Below are positions 1 to 8,839 of a stretch of DNA of 32,000 nt, piece after piece. The DNA lies in NCBI RefSeq assembly GCF_009831105.1, contig NZ_WUUQ01000002.1, forward strand, positions 706,857 to 738,856, given 5' to 3'. Under the pieces are notes generated by a model, which did not search any database, was not told where the DNA came from, and saw only the letters and a list, made by a program, of their open reading frames with translations. How positions within the stretch are numbered: position 1 is the first letter of the stretch; the number at the start of each line of letters is the position of its first letter. Both the position numbers and the translations under genes were made by a program. The DNA comes from Copranaerobaculum intestinale (GTDB lineage Bacteria; Bacillota_I; Bacilli_A; Erysipelotrichales; Erysipelotrichaceae).

Positions 1-647
1 TCCTTACGGTTCTGCTCCGCTTTTTTCAGCGAAAAATCAGCGACGATCTGTTTCTTATCATATTCAATAGACTGCATGATCTTCATCATTGCAGTTACTG
101 CCGGCTTTATTTCTGCTGCGGGAATCAGCGCGTAGAAATCCACGATTGTTCCATTTAAATGAAGCAGATACTGCTTTCCATCTAAGGTCTGAATAAAAAG
201 CTCATAGGGAAAATATTGATTATTACCATTTTTATAAATTCCCTGATACTGCATATTTCCGCTTTTATCCTTTTTCATCGTAATGCTTTGTTTTTGCTGC
301 TTGCTCACCGACGTAAGCGATAAGCTTTTTGATTTACTAGACTGTTCTTTTTTATCTAATTCTCCATTTAAATAAAAACGGTCAATGATGATTGCCGAAG
401 CATTGAAATTCATGATAATTTCAAACCCATCCTTACGGAAAACCTCACTAAGCGGGGTACTTTCTTTTTTTCCTACCTCGCCGGGAAGATAGTAATTATA
501 ATATTTTTTTGTCATGGTTGCGGTAGGTCTGGCATGATTCTGCGTGCTCTTTTTCAGTAAACTGCGTATTGCATCGCTGTCAATATCCACGCGGGCACAG
601 CCGCTTAGAAGCAATAGTACAGCACTGAGAAGCAAGGCTTTTTTCAT
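1..647 (-). CDS. putative lipoprotein; 3' end runs off the window (absent from ORF track)
   Basis: ATG at 647-645 lies behind AAGGAGGG (651-659, minus). It reads MKKALLLSAVLLLLSGCARVDID..., a signal peptide with lipobox LSGC. I checked that no in-frame stop occurs down to position 3. Confidence 0.7.
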   Translation of the reverse strand, partial: MKKALLLSAVLLLLSGCARVDIDSDAIRSLLKKSTQNHARPTATMTKKYYNYYLPGEVGKKESTPLSEVFRKDGFEIIMNFNASAIIIDRFYLNGELDKKEQSSKSKSLSLTSVSKQQKQSITMKKDKSGNMQYQGIYKNGNNQYFPYELFIQTLDGKQYLLHLNGTIVDFYALIPAAEIKPAVTAMMKIMQSIEYDKKQIVADFSLKKAEQNRK

Positions 648-710
648 GTCATCCCTCCTTTAAAAAACTTCATATATCTTGTTTTATTATATCATTATTT
701 TTTATGAAAT

Positions 711-747
711 AATCAATAAAATAACAAATCTGCCTATTCAGGCAGAT
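711..747 (-). terminator. putative intrinsic terminator after trmB
   Basis: Hairpin ATCTGCC/GGCAGAT (728-734 / 741-747) overlaps the trmB stop. On the minus strand it is followed by TTGTTATTTTATTGATT. Confidence 0.45.
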
Positions 748-1393
748 CATGATTGTGACTTGGCACATTCCATATTGCACGATAGATTGGCTGGCCTTTT
801 TCCATAAAGCGACGTTCGTATTCTGTAATGACATCTTCATCATGTGGTTCACGGCGAAAATCAACGCTGACATCGTAAAGCTCCCAGCCCTCTGCCGCAA
901 ATTCCAGCAGACTGTATTCAAACAGCGCGCTGTTATCTGTTTTCATAATAATTTGCCCCTTATCGCTTAAAATCCGCTCATATTTTTTCAGAAAACGGCT
1001 GTTGGACAAACGGCGCTTGGTCGTTCGTTTCTTGGGCCAGGGATCCGAGAAATTCAGATGAATGGCATCTACTTCGCCCGTTTCAAACCAGGCGTCGATC
1101 TGCTCTGCATCACCCCATATAAAGCTCATAGCTTCACTGTGCATCGATTCTTCAAACTTGCGGACGCTCAAGCCAGCCGCACTTTCATTTTTTTCGATAC
1201 CGATCCAGCCGATCTGAGGATACAGAACTCCCATACCGACCCAGTAATCACCTTTGCCGCAGCCAATCTCAACATGAAGTGTTTCACAATTCAGCTGCTG
1301 TTTCCATCGTCCCGCAAGCTGAGCAGGTTCATGTGCAACCACCTCTGCCTGCATCAGCAGATTGTGAGCCCATTTCAGTTTACGCATTCTCAT
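734..1393 (-). CDS. trmB: tRNA (guanine-N7)-methyltransferase
   Basis: Close by-eye match to B. subtilis TrmB: MRMRKLKW start, EIGCGKGDY SAM motif, LNFSDPWPKKR, KTDN..LFEYSL, GQPIYRA. The ATG lies 3 nt after the pepV stop. Confidence 0.92.
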   Translation of the reverse strand: MRMRKLKWAHNLLMQAEVVAHEPAQLAGRWKQQLNCETLHVEIGCGKGDYWVGMGVLYPQIGWIGIEKNESAAGLSVRKFEESMHSEAMSFIWGDAEQIDAWFETGEVDAIHLNFSDPWPKKRTTKRRLSNSRFLKKYERILSDKGQIIMKTDNSALFEYSLLEFAAEGWELYDVSVDFRREPHDEDVITEYERRFMEKGQPIYRAIWNVPSHNHDLPE

Positions 1394-1396
1394 CGA

Positions 1397-2794
1397 TTAT
1401 GCACCTGCCAGTTTTTCCAAGGCTGCCGCATAAATACCAATAGAAAGCATCAATTCATCTAAATGAACGCCTTCGTCTTCCTGATGCGGTCCGCCAACAA
1501 AAATATCTGACGGCTTTGGATTTGGAAACTCCGGACCATACGCAACAAAATTATCGAAATTACGGGCATATGTACCGCCGCCGATAGTCATGATCGGCGT
1601 GAATTGATCTTGACTGTAAGCACGATATGTATCCTCCAGTGTTTTCACCAGCTTTGAATTCGGATCGACATACAAAGGCGCCTTGTCATTGCCAAGAGTT
1701 AAATCAAATGTCAAATTCTCTGCATCCAGCTTATCACGAATACCTTTTAAGATCGTATCCTTATCCGTATCGTTTGGATAACGGATATCAATTACGACAT
1801 GTATGCCATTCTCATCCAGCTCCACGACACCTGTATTCATGGTTAAAAAGCCCATAACGGCTCCTTCTTTATAAATATCGCATGGTTTCCCCTGCCAGTC
1901 GCAAAGGGTTTCATACAGACTATTGCATGTCTTATCATGAAAAGCCGTACCGACAAAATTCAGGATATGCAACGCCGCATTGACGCCTAGATACGGCATT
2001 GCCGCATGAGCTGCCTTTCCTTCCACAAAGATATGCGCACGCTCCTGATCAAGCTGTTCTACATGACCTTTAAGCTGATTCGTATCCAAATAGAATTGAA
2101 ATACACTGTTCATATGAGCATTCCAGCCGCGGATGATCGCATCTGCTTTGCCAATGACAATATTGGGACGCTCACCGGCATGTATCGATTCAATTACCGT
2201 TTTTTGTTTGCCCTTCAAATCGACCACCAAAATACCTTTTTCTCCATAGATCAATGGAAAATTCGCATCGGGTACAAATCCCATGGTCGGAATCTCTGCA
2301 TGTTCTTTATAGTAATGCATACAAGCCATTCCGCTTTCTTCATCACAGCCGTAGATCAGCATAATCTTACGCTTCAAAGGAATCTTGCTGTCTTTGATCA
2401 GCTTCAACGCATAAAAGCCAGCCAGTCCCGGACCCTTGTCATCCAATACGCCGCGGCCAAACATAATGCCATTTTCAATTTCACCGCCCAGCGGATCTTT
2501 ACTCCAGCCCTCACCAATCGGAACAATATCCAGATGTCCTAAGACTCCGACGCTTTCTTCCCCTTCTCCAAATTCGATCACGCCGGCATAGCCATCGATA
2601 TCCTTTACCGTAAAGCCTTCCCGGCGGCCCATTTCCAGCATCGTATCCAGTGCATCCCGACAGCCTTTGCCAAACGGCATGCCTTTCGCTGCCTCTGCTT
2701 CATTCTTCAAAGAAGGAATACGGATCAGGGAACGCAGATCCTCTATAAAAGATGTTTCATATTGTTTTGCTTCATCTAACCATTTCACAGTCAT
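1397..2794 (-). CDS. pepV: M20-family dipeptidase PepV-like
   Basis: GHLDIVP, GRGVLDDKGP and YGCDEESG motifs, with length and overall similarity to lactobacillal PepV. The track start at 2797 is GTG. ATG at 2794 and GTG at 2788 are alternatives, and the SD AGAGGTG sits directly upstream. Confidence 0.85.
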   Translation of the reverse strand: MTVKWLDEAKQYETSFIEDLRSLIRIPSLKNEAEAAKGMPFGKGCRDALDTMLEMGRREGFTVKDIDGYAGVIEFGEGEESVGVLGHLDIVPIGEGWSKDPLGGEIENGIMFGRGVLDDKGPGLAGFYALKLIKDSKIPLKRKIMLIYGCDEESGMACMHYYKEHAEIPTMGFVPDANFPLIYGEKGILVVDLKGKQKTVIESIHAGERPNIVIGKADAIIRGWNAHMNSVFQFYLDTNQLKGHVEQLDQERAHIFVEGKAAHAAMPYLGVNAALHILNFVGTAFHDKTCNSLYETLCDWQGKPCDIYKEGAVMGFLTMNTGVVELDENGIHVVIDIRYPNDTDKDTILKGIRDKLDAENLTFDLTLGNDKAPLYVDPNSKLVKTLEDTYRAYSQDQFTPIMTIGGGTYARNFDNFVAYGPEFPNPKPSDIFVGGPHQEDEGVHLDELMLSIGIYAAALEKLAGA

Positions 2795-2808
2795 CACCTC
2801 TGGTGATT

Positions 2809-2819
2809 ATTCTACCACA
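2809..2819 (-). promoter_or_regulatory. sigmaA-type extended -10 promoter for pepV-trmB
   Basis: Minus strand reads TGTGGTAGAAT, a TRTG -16 element plus a -10. The -35 is weak. Confidence 0.45.
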
Positions 2820-3112
2820 AGTTATGCTTATACTCCAACGTGATTACGATATTCTTGCATGCTTTTTTCAGCCTGTACCCTTCATACCGTAAAGCATCAA
2901 ATTCCTGTGCCCGCCGATATATCTCATAAGCATTCAAATTTTGCCCGTAATATATACCCACAACAATATTGATTATTATACTTATGTCACCTTCCAAATA
3001 CTAAATGATTAATACTGTATGATGTGCGCTGCCAATAAAGTTATCTTCATCTTCATTCCTGTTGTATTTCTTTAGACTCATACATAATACAAGTAGATGC
3101 GGTTGAGATGTA

Positions 3113-3148
3113 AGCAGAGAAAAACGGATGCCGCTTGACATCCGTTTT
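3113..3148 (-). terminator. intrinsic terminator after pnp (hairpin is bidirectional)
   Basis: 10-bp stem AAAACGGATG/CATCCGTTTT (3121-3130 / 3139-3148) followed by a T-run on the minus strand. It starts 3 nt after the pnp stop. Confidence 0.8.
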
Positions 3149-3150
3149 GA

Positions 3151-5358
3151 CTATTCTGCTGTTGGCTCACTGTCAGCAGGCTTTGTTTCTGCCTTTCCTT
3201 CGCTGCCATCTGCTTTCGTTTCTTTATGTTCACGCTTTGGTCTTTCTAAAAGCGCCTTGCGGGAAACATTGACTCTTCCCTTCTCATCAATTTCTGTAAC
3301 TTTTACTTTTACAATATCACCGAGCTTCAGTACATCTTCTACTTTTTCAACTCGTTCATGAGCGATCTTAGACACATGAAGCAGTCCATCCGTTCCCGGG
3401 AACAGGTTGACAAACGCACCAAATTTTTCAATACGGACAACTTTTCCTTCGTATACTTCACCAACTTTTGCTTCTTTTGTCAAATCATCGATCATCTGAG
3501 CAGCTTTCTTAACTGCGTTCATATCCTGATGATAGATAACCACCTGACCGTCATCCTCAATATCGATCTTCACATCGTCACAGGCTGCAATAATCTGATT
3601 GATCATCTTACCATTAGGCCCGATAACATCGCGAATCTTATCTACTGGAATCATCATCTTGAAGATCTTAGGTGCAAATTCGCCTACTTCTGGACGCGGT
3701 TCGCTAATTGCATTCAGCATATTTTCCAGAATCTGCGCGCGGGCAGTCTTTGCCTGAGCCAGTGCTTCTTCAAAGATATCCTTTGTAATGCCGTTGACCT
3801 TGATATCCATCTGCAGCGCAGTAATGCCTGCCGTCGTTCCGGCTACTTTAAAGTCCATGTCGCCAAAGTGATCCTCCATGCCTTGAATATCCGTCAATAC
3901 TGTGTAGCGATTGGAAGCCTCATCCATGATCAATCCCATCGCAATTCCGGCAACCGGAGCCTTGATTGGAACACCGGCTGCCATCAAAGACATCGTTCCG
4001 GCACAGATCGAAGCCTGTGAAGAAGAACCGTTGGATTCCAGCACCTCTGCAACAACACGGATCGTGTAAGGAAATTCCTCCAGCGTTGGCAATACCTGAG
4101 AAAGCGCCCGCTCGCCCAGTGCACCATGACCGATTTCTCTGCGTCCCGGTGACCCCATGCGACCGGTTTCCCCTACTGAATACGGCGGGAAGTTATAGTG
4201 ATGCATGAAACGCTTTGTTTCAACCTCTGTCAGATCATCAATGATCTGATTGTCATTGATAGCACCCAAGGTCGTAACGCTCAGCACCTGCGTTTCACCA
4301 CGGGTGAACAGAGCACTACCATGTGCTCTCGGCAAAATATCCACCTGTGAGTTCAATGGACGGATTTCGTCAATTTTGCGTCCGTCCGGACGAATCTTAT
4401 CTTCAATGATCAGACGGCGTACTTCATCCGCTTCTATACCATGACAGATTTCTTTTACCTGTTTCAGCACTTTTGCTTTCGTGCTGTCATCTTCATATGT
4501 TTTAGCTTCGAAAACCGCAATCGCTTCTTCCGTCAGCTCGTCGATCTTATTGTAGCGTTCCAGCTTACCCTCGATCGATACCGCGGCGCGGATTTTCGCC
4601 TCAAAGCTCGTTCGAACTTCCTTATCAATTTCTTCATCAACGCTGTACAGCTTGATTTCACGTTTTTCTTTGCCGGCAGCGGCCACGATTTCCTCCTGGA
4701 ACGCAACCAGTTTTTTGATATGCTCATGTCCAAACATAATCGCACCGAGCATTGCTTCTTCGCTGACTTCTTTTGCGCCGGCCTCCACCATGTTAACCGC
4801 GTATTTAGTACCGGCAACCGTTAAATGAATATCACTTCGCTCCTGCTGCTCATTGGTCGGATTGATAACATATTCTCCGTCAACGCGTCCAACGATCACG
4901 CCGGCAATCGGTCCATTAAATGGAATATCCGATACACACAGTGCCAAAGAAGCACCAAACATCGCCGTCATTTCCGGAGTACGATCCTGATCAACGGATA
5001 ATACCGTATTCACGACCTGAACTTCGTTTCGGAATCCGTCAGCGAACAGCGGACGAATCGGCCGATCGATCATGCGTGCCGTTAAGGTCGCATGCTCACT
5101 CGGTCTTCCTTCACGACGCAAAAAACCGCCGGGAATCTTACCTACTGAATACAATTTTTCTTCAAACGTAACAGTCAGCGGAAAGAAATCAAGTCCTTCC
5201 TTGGCTGTTTTACTGGCAGTCGCCGCTGATAATACGACGGTATCATCATAACGTACAAGCACGGACCCTCCGGCTTGCTTTGCGATTTCTCCAGTTTCTA
5301 CTGTGAGCTTCCTCCCACAGAAATCTAAACGAAATACTTGTTTAGCCAATGTCTTCAC
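3151..5358 (-). CDS. pnp: polyribonucleotide nucleotidyltransferase (PNPase)
   Basis: Full-length PNPase: two RNase PH domains, KH and S1, plus a Lys/Glu-rich tail. The track start at 5358 is GTG. TTG at 5349 lies behind GAGGTGA and fits the B. subtilis N-terminus better (MAKQVF..). Confidence 0.95.
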   Translation of the reverse strand: MKTLAKQVFRLDFCGRKLTVETGEIAKQAGGSVLVRYDDTVVLSAATASKTAKEGLDFFPLTVTFEEKLYSVGKIPGGFLRREGRPSEHATLTARMIDRPIRPLFADGFRNEVQVVNTVLSVDQDRTPEMTAMFGASLALCVSDIPFNGPIAGVIVGRVDGEYVINPTNEQQERSDIHLTVAGTKYAVNMVEAGAKEVSEEAMLGAIMFGHEHIKKLVAFQEEIVAAAGKEKREIKLYSVDEEIDKEVRTSFEAKIRAAVSIEGKLERYNKIDELTEEAIAVFEAKTYEDDSTKAKVLKQVKEICHGIEADEVRRLIIEDKIRPDGRKIDEIRPLNSQVDILPRAHGSALFTRGETQVLSVTTLGAINDNQIIDDLTEVETKRFMHHYNFPPYSVGETGRMGSPGRREIGHGALGERALSQVLPTLEEFPYTIRVVAEVLESNGSSSQASICAGTMSLMAAGVPIKAPVAGIAMGLIMDEASNRYTVLTDIQGMEDHFGDMDFKVAGTTAGITALQMDIKVNGITKDIFEEALAQAKTARAQILENMLNAISEPRPEVGEFAPKIFKMMIPVDKIRDVIGPNGKMINQIIAACDDVKIDIEDDGQVVIYHQDMNAVKKAAQMIDDLTKEAKVGEVYEGKVVRIEKFGAFVNLFPGTDGLLHVSKIAHERVEKVEDVLKLGDIVKVKVTEIDEKGRVNVSRKALLERPKREHKETKADGSEGKAETKPADSEPTAE

Positions 5359-5449
5359 CTCATTTTACAATTTTATCTATACAATCATAGCATAATTCCC
5401 ACGATAAAGAAATGATTTTCGAATCCTTTCCTAATCACTGTGATAGCCA

Positions 5450-5472
5450 TAAAAAAACTCCCGAGCGGGAGT
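5450..5472 (-). terminator. terminator/attenuator between rpsO and pnp
   Basis: ACTCCC-GCTC-GGGAGT hairpin (5457-5472) followed by a run of six T on the minus strand. It begins 5 nt after the rpsO stop. Confidence 0.8.
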
Positions 5473-5476
5473 TCTC

Positions 5477-5743
5477 TTATTTACGCAGACCTAAGCGAGC
5501 GATCAGGTTCTTGTAACGTTCCAGATCATTCTCTTTTAAGTAAGCCAGCAGATTGCGGCGGCGTCCTACCATTTTCATCAGACCGCGCTGTGAATGATAG
5601 TCGTGCTTGTGTTCTTTCATGTGTTCAGTCAGACGATTGATCTGTGCAGTCAGCACTGCAACCTGTACTTCAACAGAACCAGTGTCGCCTTCCGTACGGG
5701 CATACTCTTTCATGATAGCCTGTTTTTCTTTTTTCAATAACAT
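5477..5743 (-). CDS. rpsO: 30S ribosomal protein S15
   Basis: 88 aa with typical S15 sequence ([20 protein letters not shown]). SD AGGAGGA lies 7 nt upstream of the ATG. Confidence 0.97.
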   Translation of the reverse strand: MLLKKEKQAIMKEYARTEGDTGSVEVQVAVLTAQINRLTEHMKEHKHDYHSQRGLMKMVGRRRNLLAYLKENDLERYKNLIARLGLRK

Positions 5744-5824
5744 GTCTATTTCCTCCTATTAATTAGACCTTCCGTACCGAGTGATCGGTTGAGGATTCCT
5801 GATTCCCAGTACAAAAGCGTAATC

Positions 5825-5853
5825 AGTATAGCATGATACGGCATTGAAAACAA
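5825..5853 (-). promoter_or_regulatory. sigmaA promoter for rpsO
   Basis: Minus strand: TTGTTT (5853-5848), a 17-nt spacer, then TGcTATACT (-10 at 5830-5825). This leaves a leader of about 70 nt containing an ACCGA-TCAC-TCGGT hairpin. Confidence 0.55.
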
Positions 5854-5926
5854 GGGATAATTTACTTGAAAGATGCTTTCTTGATCGAAGCTTTGCGGTA
5901 TAATAAAAAATGAAAGAGGTGATTGT

Positions 5927-6793
5927 ATGAAAATCGCATGGATTGGAACCGGCGTTATGGGAAAAGCGATGCTTCAGCATCTATTTGCAGCGGGACATGA
6001 GGTGTATGCCTATAACCGCACCTTGGAAAAAGCAGCTGATCTGAAAGCAAAGGGGATATCTGTATGTTCAACGATTGAAACTTGTGTAGCCCAAAAGGAT
6101 GTCGTATTTACGATGGTCGGCTACCCTGAGGATGTCGAGGAAATCTATTTCGGTAAAGACGGCATTCTCACACATGCAAAACCGGGCGCTCTGCTGATCG
6201 ATATGACCACATCCTCGCCGAAGCTTGCAATAAAGATTGCGGCTTCAGCCAAGGATTTTCAAGTTTTAGATGCCCCGGTATCCGGCGGAGATAGTGGAGC
6301 CCGCAACGCTGCTTTATCCATTATGGTAGGCGGTGAGAAGGAAGCCTTTTTGGCGGCCAAGCCGCTCTTTGAAACAATGGGTACCAATATTTGTTATATG
6401 GGGCCATCCGGCAGCGGACAGCACACCAAAGCAGCTAACCAGATCGCCGTAGCCGGAGCAACTGCCGCCATGAGCGAAGCTCTTTACTATACCGAGCAGG
6501 CAGGCTTAAATCCTGAGCAGGTTCTGGCTGCTATTACCAAGGGCGCAGCCGGAAGCTGGCAGTTAACCAACATGGCACCTCGGGTGTTAAAGGAAGACTT
6601 CGCGCCGGGATTCTATATCAAGCATTTCATAAAGGATATGCATATTGTGCAGGATGTTATGAATGAACATCATATTCATCTGGAAATGCTGGATACTGTC
6701 TGCTCCATGTATGAGGATATGATGGTAAACGGAATGGGCAATGAAGGTACACAATCTCTCATCAAGTATTATCAAAAAGCAAAAGAAAAGTGA
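5927..6793 (+). CDS. NAD(P)-dependent beta-hydroxyacid dehydrogenase family oxidoreductase (3-hydroxyisobutyrate / tartronate-semialdehyde reductase-like)
   Basis: N-terminal Rossmann motif WIGTGVMGKAM, DAPVSGG, and a Lys-containing catalytic block typical of the family. SD AGAGGTGA is upstream. Confidence 0.8.
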   Translation: MKIAWIGTGVMGKAMLQHLFAAGHEVYAYNRTLEKAADLKAKGISVCSTIETCVAQKDVVFTMVGYPEDVEEIYFGKDGILTHAKPGALLIDMTTSSPKLAIKIAASAKDFQVLDAPVSGGDSGARNAALSIMVGGEKEAFLAAKPLFETMGTNICYMGPSGSGQHTKAANQIAVAGATAAMSEALYYTEQAGLNPEQVLAAITKGAAGSWQLTNMAPRVLKEDFAPGFYIKHFIKDMHIVQDVMNEHHIHLEMLDTVCSMYEDMMVNGMGNEGTQSLIKYYQKAKEK

Positions 6794-6817
6794 TCATGCC
6801 GGTATGATCATTTTTTT
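6791..6817 (+). terminator. intrinsic terminator of the oxidoreductase gene
   Basis: TGATCAT-GCCGGT-ATGATCA followed by TTTTTTT. The stem begins at the stop codon. Confidence 0.75.
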
Positions 6818-6914
6818 ATGAGCCGCTTTTCCTAATTCTCTCTTTTTAATGTTAATCCAAAATATCGCTGGCGGATCCTTTATACTCATAAAAACATATG
6901 CATCTAACGTCAAT

Positions 6915-6935
6915 AAAAAAAGCACAAAATGTGCT
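6915..6935 (-). terminator. intrinsic terminator after hemW (bidirectional hairpin)
   Basis: AGCACA-AAA-TGTGCT (6921-6935) flanked by an A-run on one side and a T-run on the other. Confidence 0.7.
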
Positions 6936-6937
6936 TT

Positions 6938-8029
6938 TTACAGGAATTCTAACAGTACGTCATTCAAAAAATGTAAACCGTGATCGGTTGCGCGAAGATG
7001 ACGATGACATTCGTAAAGCTCCCCTTTTTTTATATTTATTTCTTTGGCCTGCTTGAACACATCATCAAACGATACGTGAAAAGCATCTTCAAAAGCCTGA
7101 TATGAGAGTCCTTCCTTCAGACGAAGCCCCATCATGACCATTTCAAACATTTCATCCTTTTGGGACAGCGTGATCCAGGAAGGCTCCTGTTCTCCTTTTA
7201 TATACGCATGCAAATTCTTCGGCATGTCATAGCGCTGATGATCCAGCTTTCCGCTGGCGCCGCATCCAATTCCATAGAAATCATGGTAATACCAATACTG
7301 CTTATTATGCATGCTTTCATATCCCGAACGGGCAAAACTGCTGATTTCATATTGATGAAATCCTTTATTCTCCAGTATCTGAATCGCTTTATCATACATT
7401 TCGCCTTCCAATGTCGGATCGATATTGGTAACACCCATTCGCCCGAATGCACTATGCTCTTCTATCGTCAGGGCATACAGCGAAATATGTGTGATCGGCA
7501 GGGCTGCAGCCTGTAATAAATCCGCTTCCCACATTGCCATAGTCTGGGTTGGAAGACCATAGATCAAATCGATCGAAATATTGTGTATTCCTACCTTTTT
7601 TAAATCCTGAATTGCATTTACAACATCATTTGTTCGATGACAGCGATTCATCATATGCAGTAAATCCGGATGAAAACTCTGTACGCCCATTGATATACGG
7701 TTCACGCCCGCTGTATGCATGCAGCTGATTTTATTGGCATGCAGCGATTCTACATTGACTTCAACCGTATATTCTTCCACACTTTGCCGGTAAGGCTTAA
7801 GCAGTTGAAACAGAGCTTCCAGCTGATCTGACTGTAAGCTTGTGGGAGTTCCGCCACCGATGTAAAGGGTTTTTAAATCAGTACTGGGCTGCTGTTTGGC
7901 AAGATCGAGCTTCAGCGCTTCCAGATACTGATCACTCAAGCCGCGATGATAGCCACAGCGGAAAAAATCACAATACGCACATATGGCATCACAAAATGGA
8001 ATATGCACATACATTGACTGCGCCATCAT
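6938..8029 (-). CDS. hemW: radical SAM heme chaperone HemW (HemN-like, oxygen-independent coproporphyrinogen oxidase family)
   Basis: CDAICAYCDF is a CxxxCxxC radical-SAM motif near the N-terminus. Length is 363 aa. It occupies the position after lepA as in B. subtilis. SD AAGGAGG overlaps the stop of the upstream gene. Confidence 0.88.
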   Translation of the reverse strand: MMAQSMYVHIPFCDAICAYCDFFRCGYHRGLSDQYLEALKLDLAKQQPSTDLKTLYIGGGTPTSLQSDQLEALFQLLKPYRQSVEEYTVEVNVESLHANKISCMHTAGVNRISMGVQSFHPDLLHMMNRCHRTNDVVNAIQDLKKVGIHNISIDLIYGLPTQTMAMWEADLLQAAALPITHISLYALTIEEHSAFGRMGVTNIDPTLEGEMYDKAIQILENKGFHQYEISSFARSGYESMHNKQYWYYHDFYGIGCGASGKLDHQRYDMPKNLHAYIKGEQEPSWITLSQKDEMFEMVMMGLRLKEGLSYQAFEDAFHVSFDDVFKQAKEINIKKGELYECHRHLRATDHGLHFLNDVLLEFL

Positions 8030-8039
8030 CTAACCTCCT

Positions 8040-8786
8040 TTACAAATTTCCTATATCATCTTTCTCTTTTTCCTTTAAACGCATTCGATTATGGATGAAA
8101 TAGACAAGTGCCTTGCAGGTTGGCTTCTCCAATACTCCGGTATGCAGCGATATCAGAGCAGGCTGTTCCTTATAAGCCCTTGTGATTGCCGTACGGATTG
8201 ACTTTTCCACGCGGGTATACGTCGTACCGTGTTCCTTGGCTGTTTCTACCAGTATTTCTTTCATCGTTAAGCTGCAAAAAACCGGTTCACTCTTCAAATA
8301 AATCGCCGTTGTCAAATACTTGTGACCATTTAAATGAATAGGTATTCCTTTTTGTTCCAGCAGACGTCCTACAAACGTCTTGATGTTATCCTTGATCGAT
8401 TCTTCATACTGCTGAGTATCACTCTCTAAAGAAACAACATTAAATATATCTTTGCACGTGTACGGTTTGATTAAAAAATTATCGATTTTATGCTTGATTG
8501 AGAAATGAACTGTCTTCCCATCTAATTCACTGTACAAAGCGATGATATGTAAATCTTTCAGCTGATCATGATTACAAAGCTCCTCCATCAGAATTTCAGC
8601 TTTTTCCAAATTGATTTCAGGATTGATAATCAAAATATCCAAATGAAGTGCCAACAGCTGATTAACGTCTTCCACAATCGTTGTAGAGGTACCTACCAGA
8701 TTGCCGTTCTGGGTTTTGTTGATATTGATTAAAAATTCCTTAATCAGATCCAGATCGTCTACACATAAGAAAATATTGTTAAGCAT
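8040..8786 (-). CDS. Spo0A-family transcription regulator with degenerate receiver domain (Asn at phospho-acceptor position)
   Basis: The C-terminal half aligns by eye with the Spo0A effector domain (GIPIHLNGHKYLTTAI; YTRVEKSIRTAITRAY; KPTCKALVYFIHNRMRL). The N-terminal half is receiver-like (CVDDLD, LIKPY), but it has LDILIIN55PE where Spo0A has PDVLVLD56IIMP. Confidence 0.75.
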   Translation of the reverse strand: MLNNIFLCVDDLDLIKEFLININKTQNGNLVGTSTTIVEDVNQLLALHLDILIINPEINLEKAEILMEELCNHDQLKDLHIIALYSELDGKTVHFSIKHKIDNFLIKPYTCKDIFNVVSLESDTQQYEESIKDNIKTFVGRLLEQKGIPIHLNGHKYLTTAIYLKSEPVFCSLTMKEILVETAKEHGTTYTRVEKSIRTAITRAYKEQPALISLHTGVLEKPTCKALVYFIHNRMRLKEKEKDDIGNL

Positions 8787-8839
8787 TACCTGCGGTAAAA
8801 CGATCTACTGCCTATGTACATTTTACCATTCTCCCTTCC

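Noticed and set aside
670-970. 83-aa (minus) and 73-aa (plus) ORFs around the trmB 3' end
   Set aside because: They overlap trmB coding sequence, its terminator and the lipoprotein promoter region. They have no SD and an odd composition.
2006-2542. 178-aa plus-strand ORF
   Set aside because: It is antisense to pepV, with no SD and no motifs.
2812-2997. 61-aa minus-strand ORF in the pepV-pnp gap
   Set aside because: It starts with TTG, has no SD and no internal Met, and its 3' end overlaps the -10 of the proposed pepV promoter.
3358-4020. 220-aa ORF on the plus strand, with neighbours at 3966-4208, 4250-4444 and 4441-4824
   Set aside because: It lies entirely antisense to the well-supported pnp gene. 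Its composition is low-complexity and Phe/His/Asn/Cys-rich. There is no SD and no recognisable motif. This is a typical shadow ORF.
5759-5980. 73-aa minus-strand ORF spanning the rpsO/oxidoreductase divergent region
   Set aside because: It overlaps the start of the oxidoreductase gene and the rpsO promoter and leader. It has no SD.
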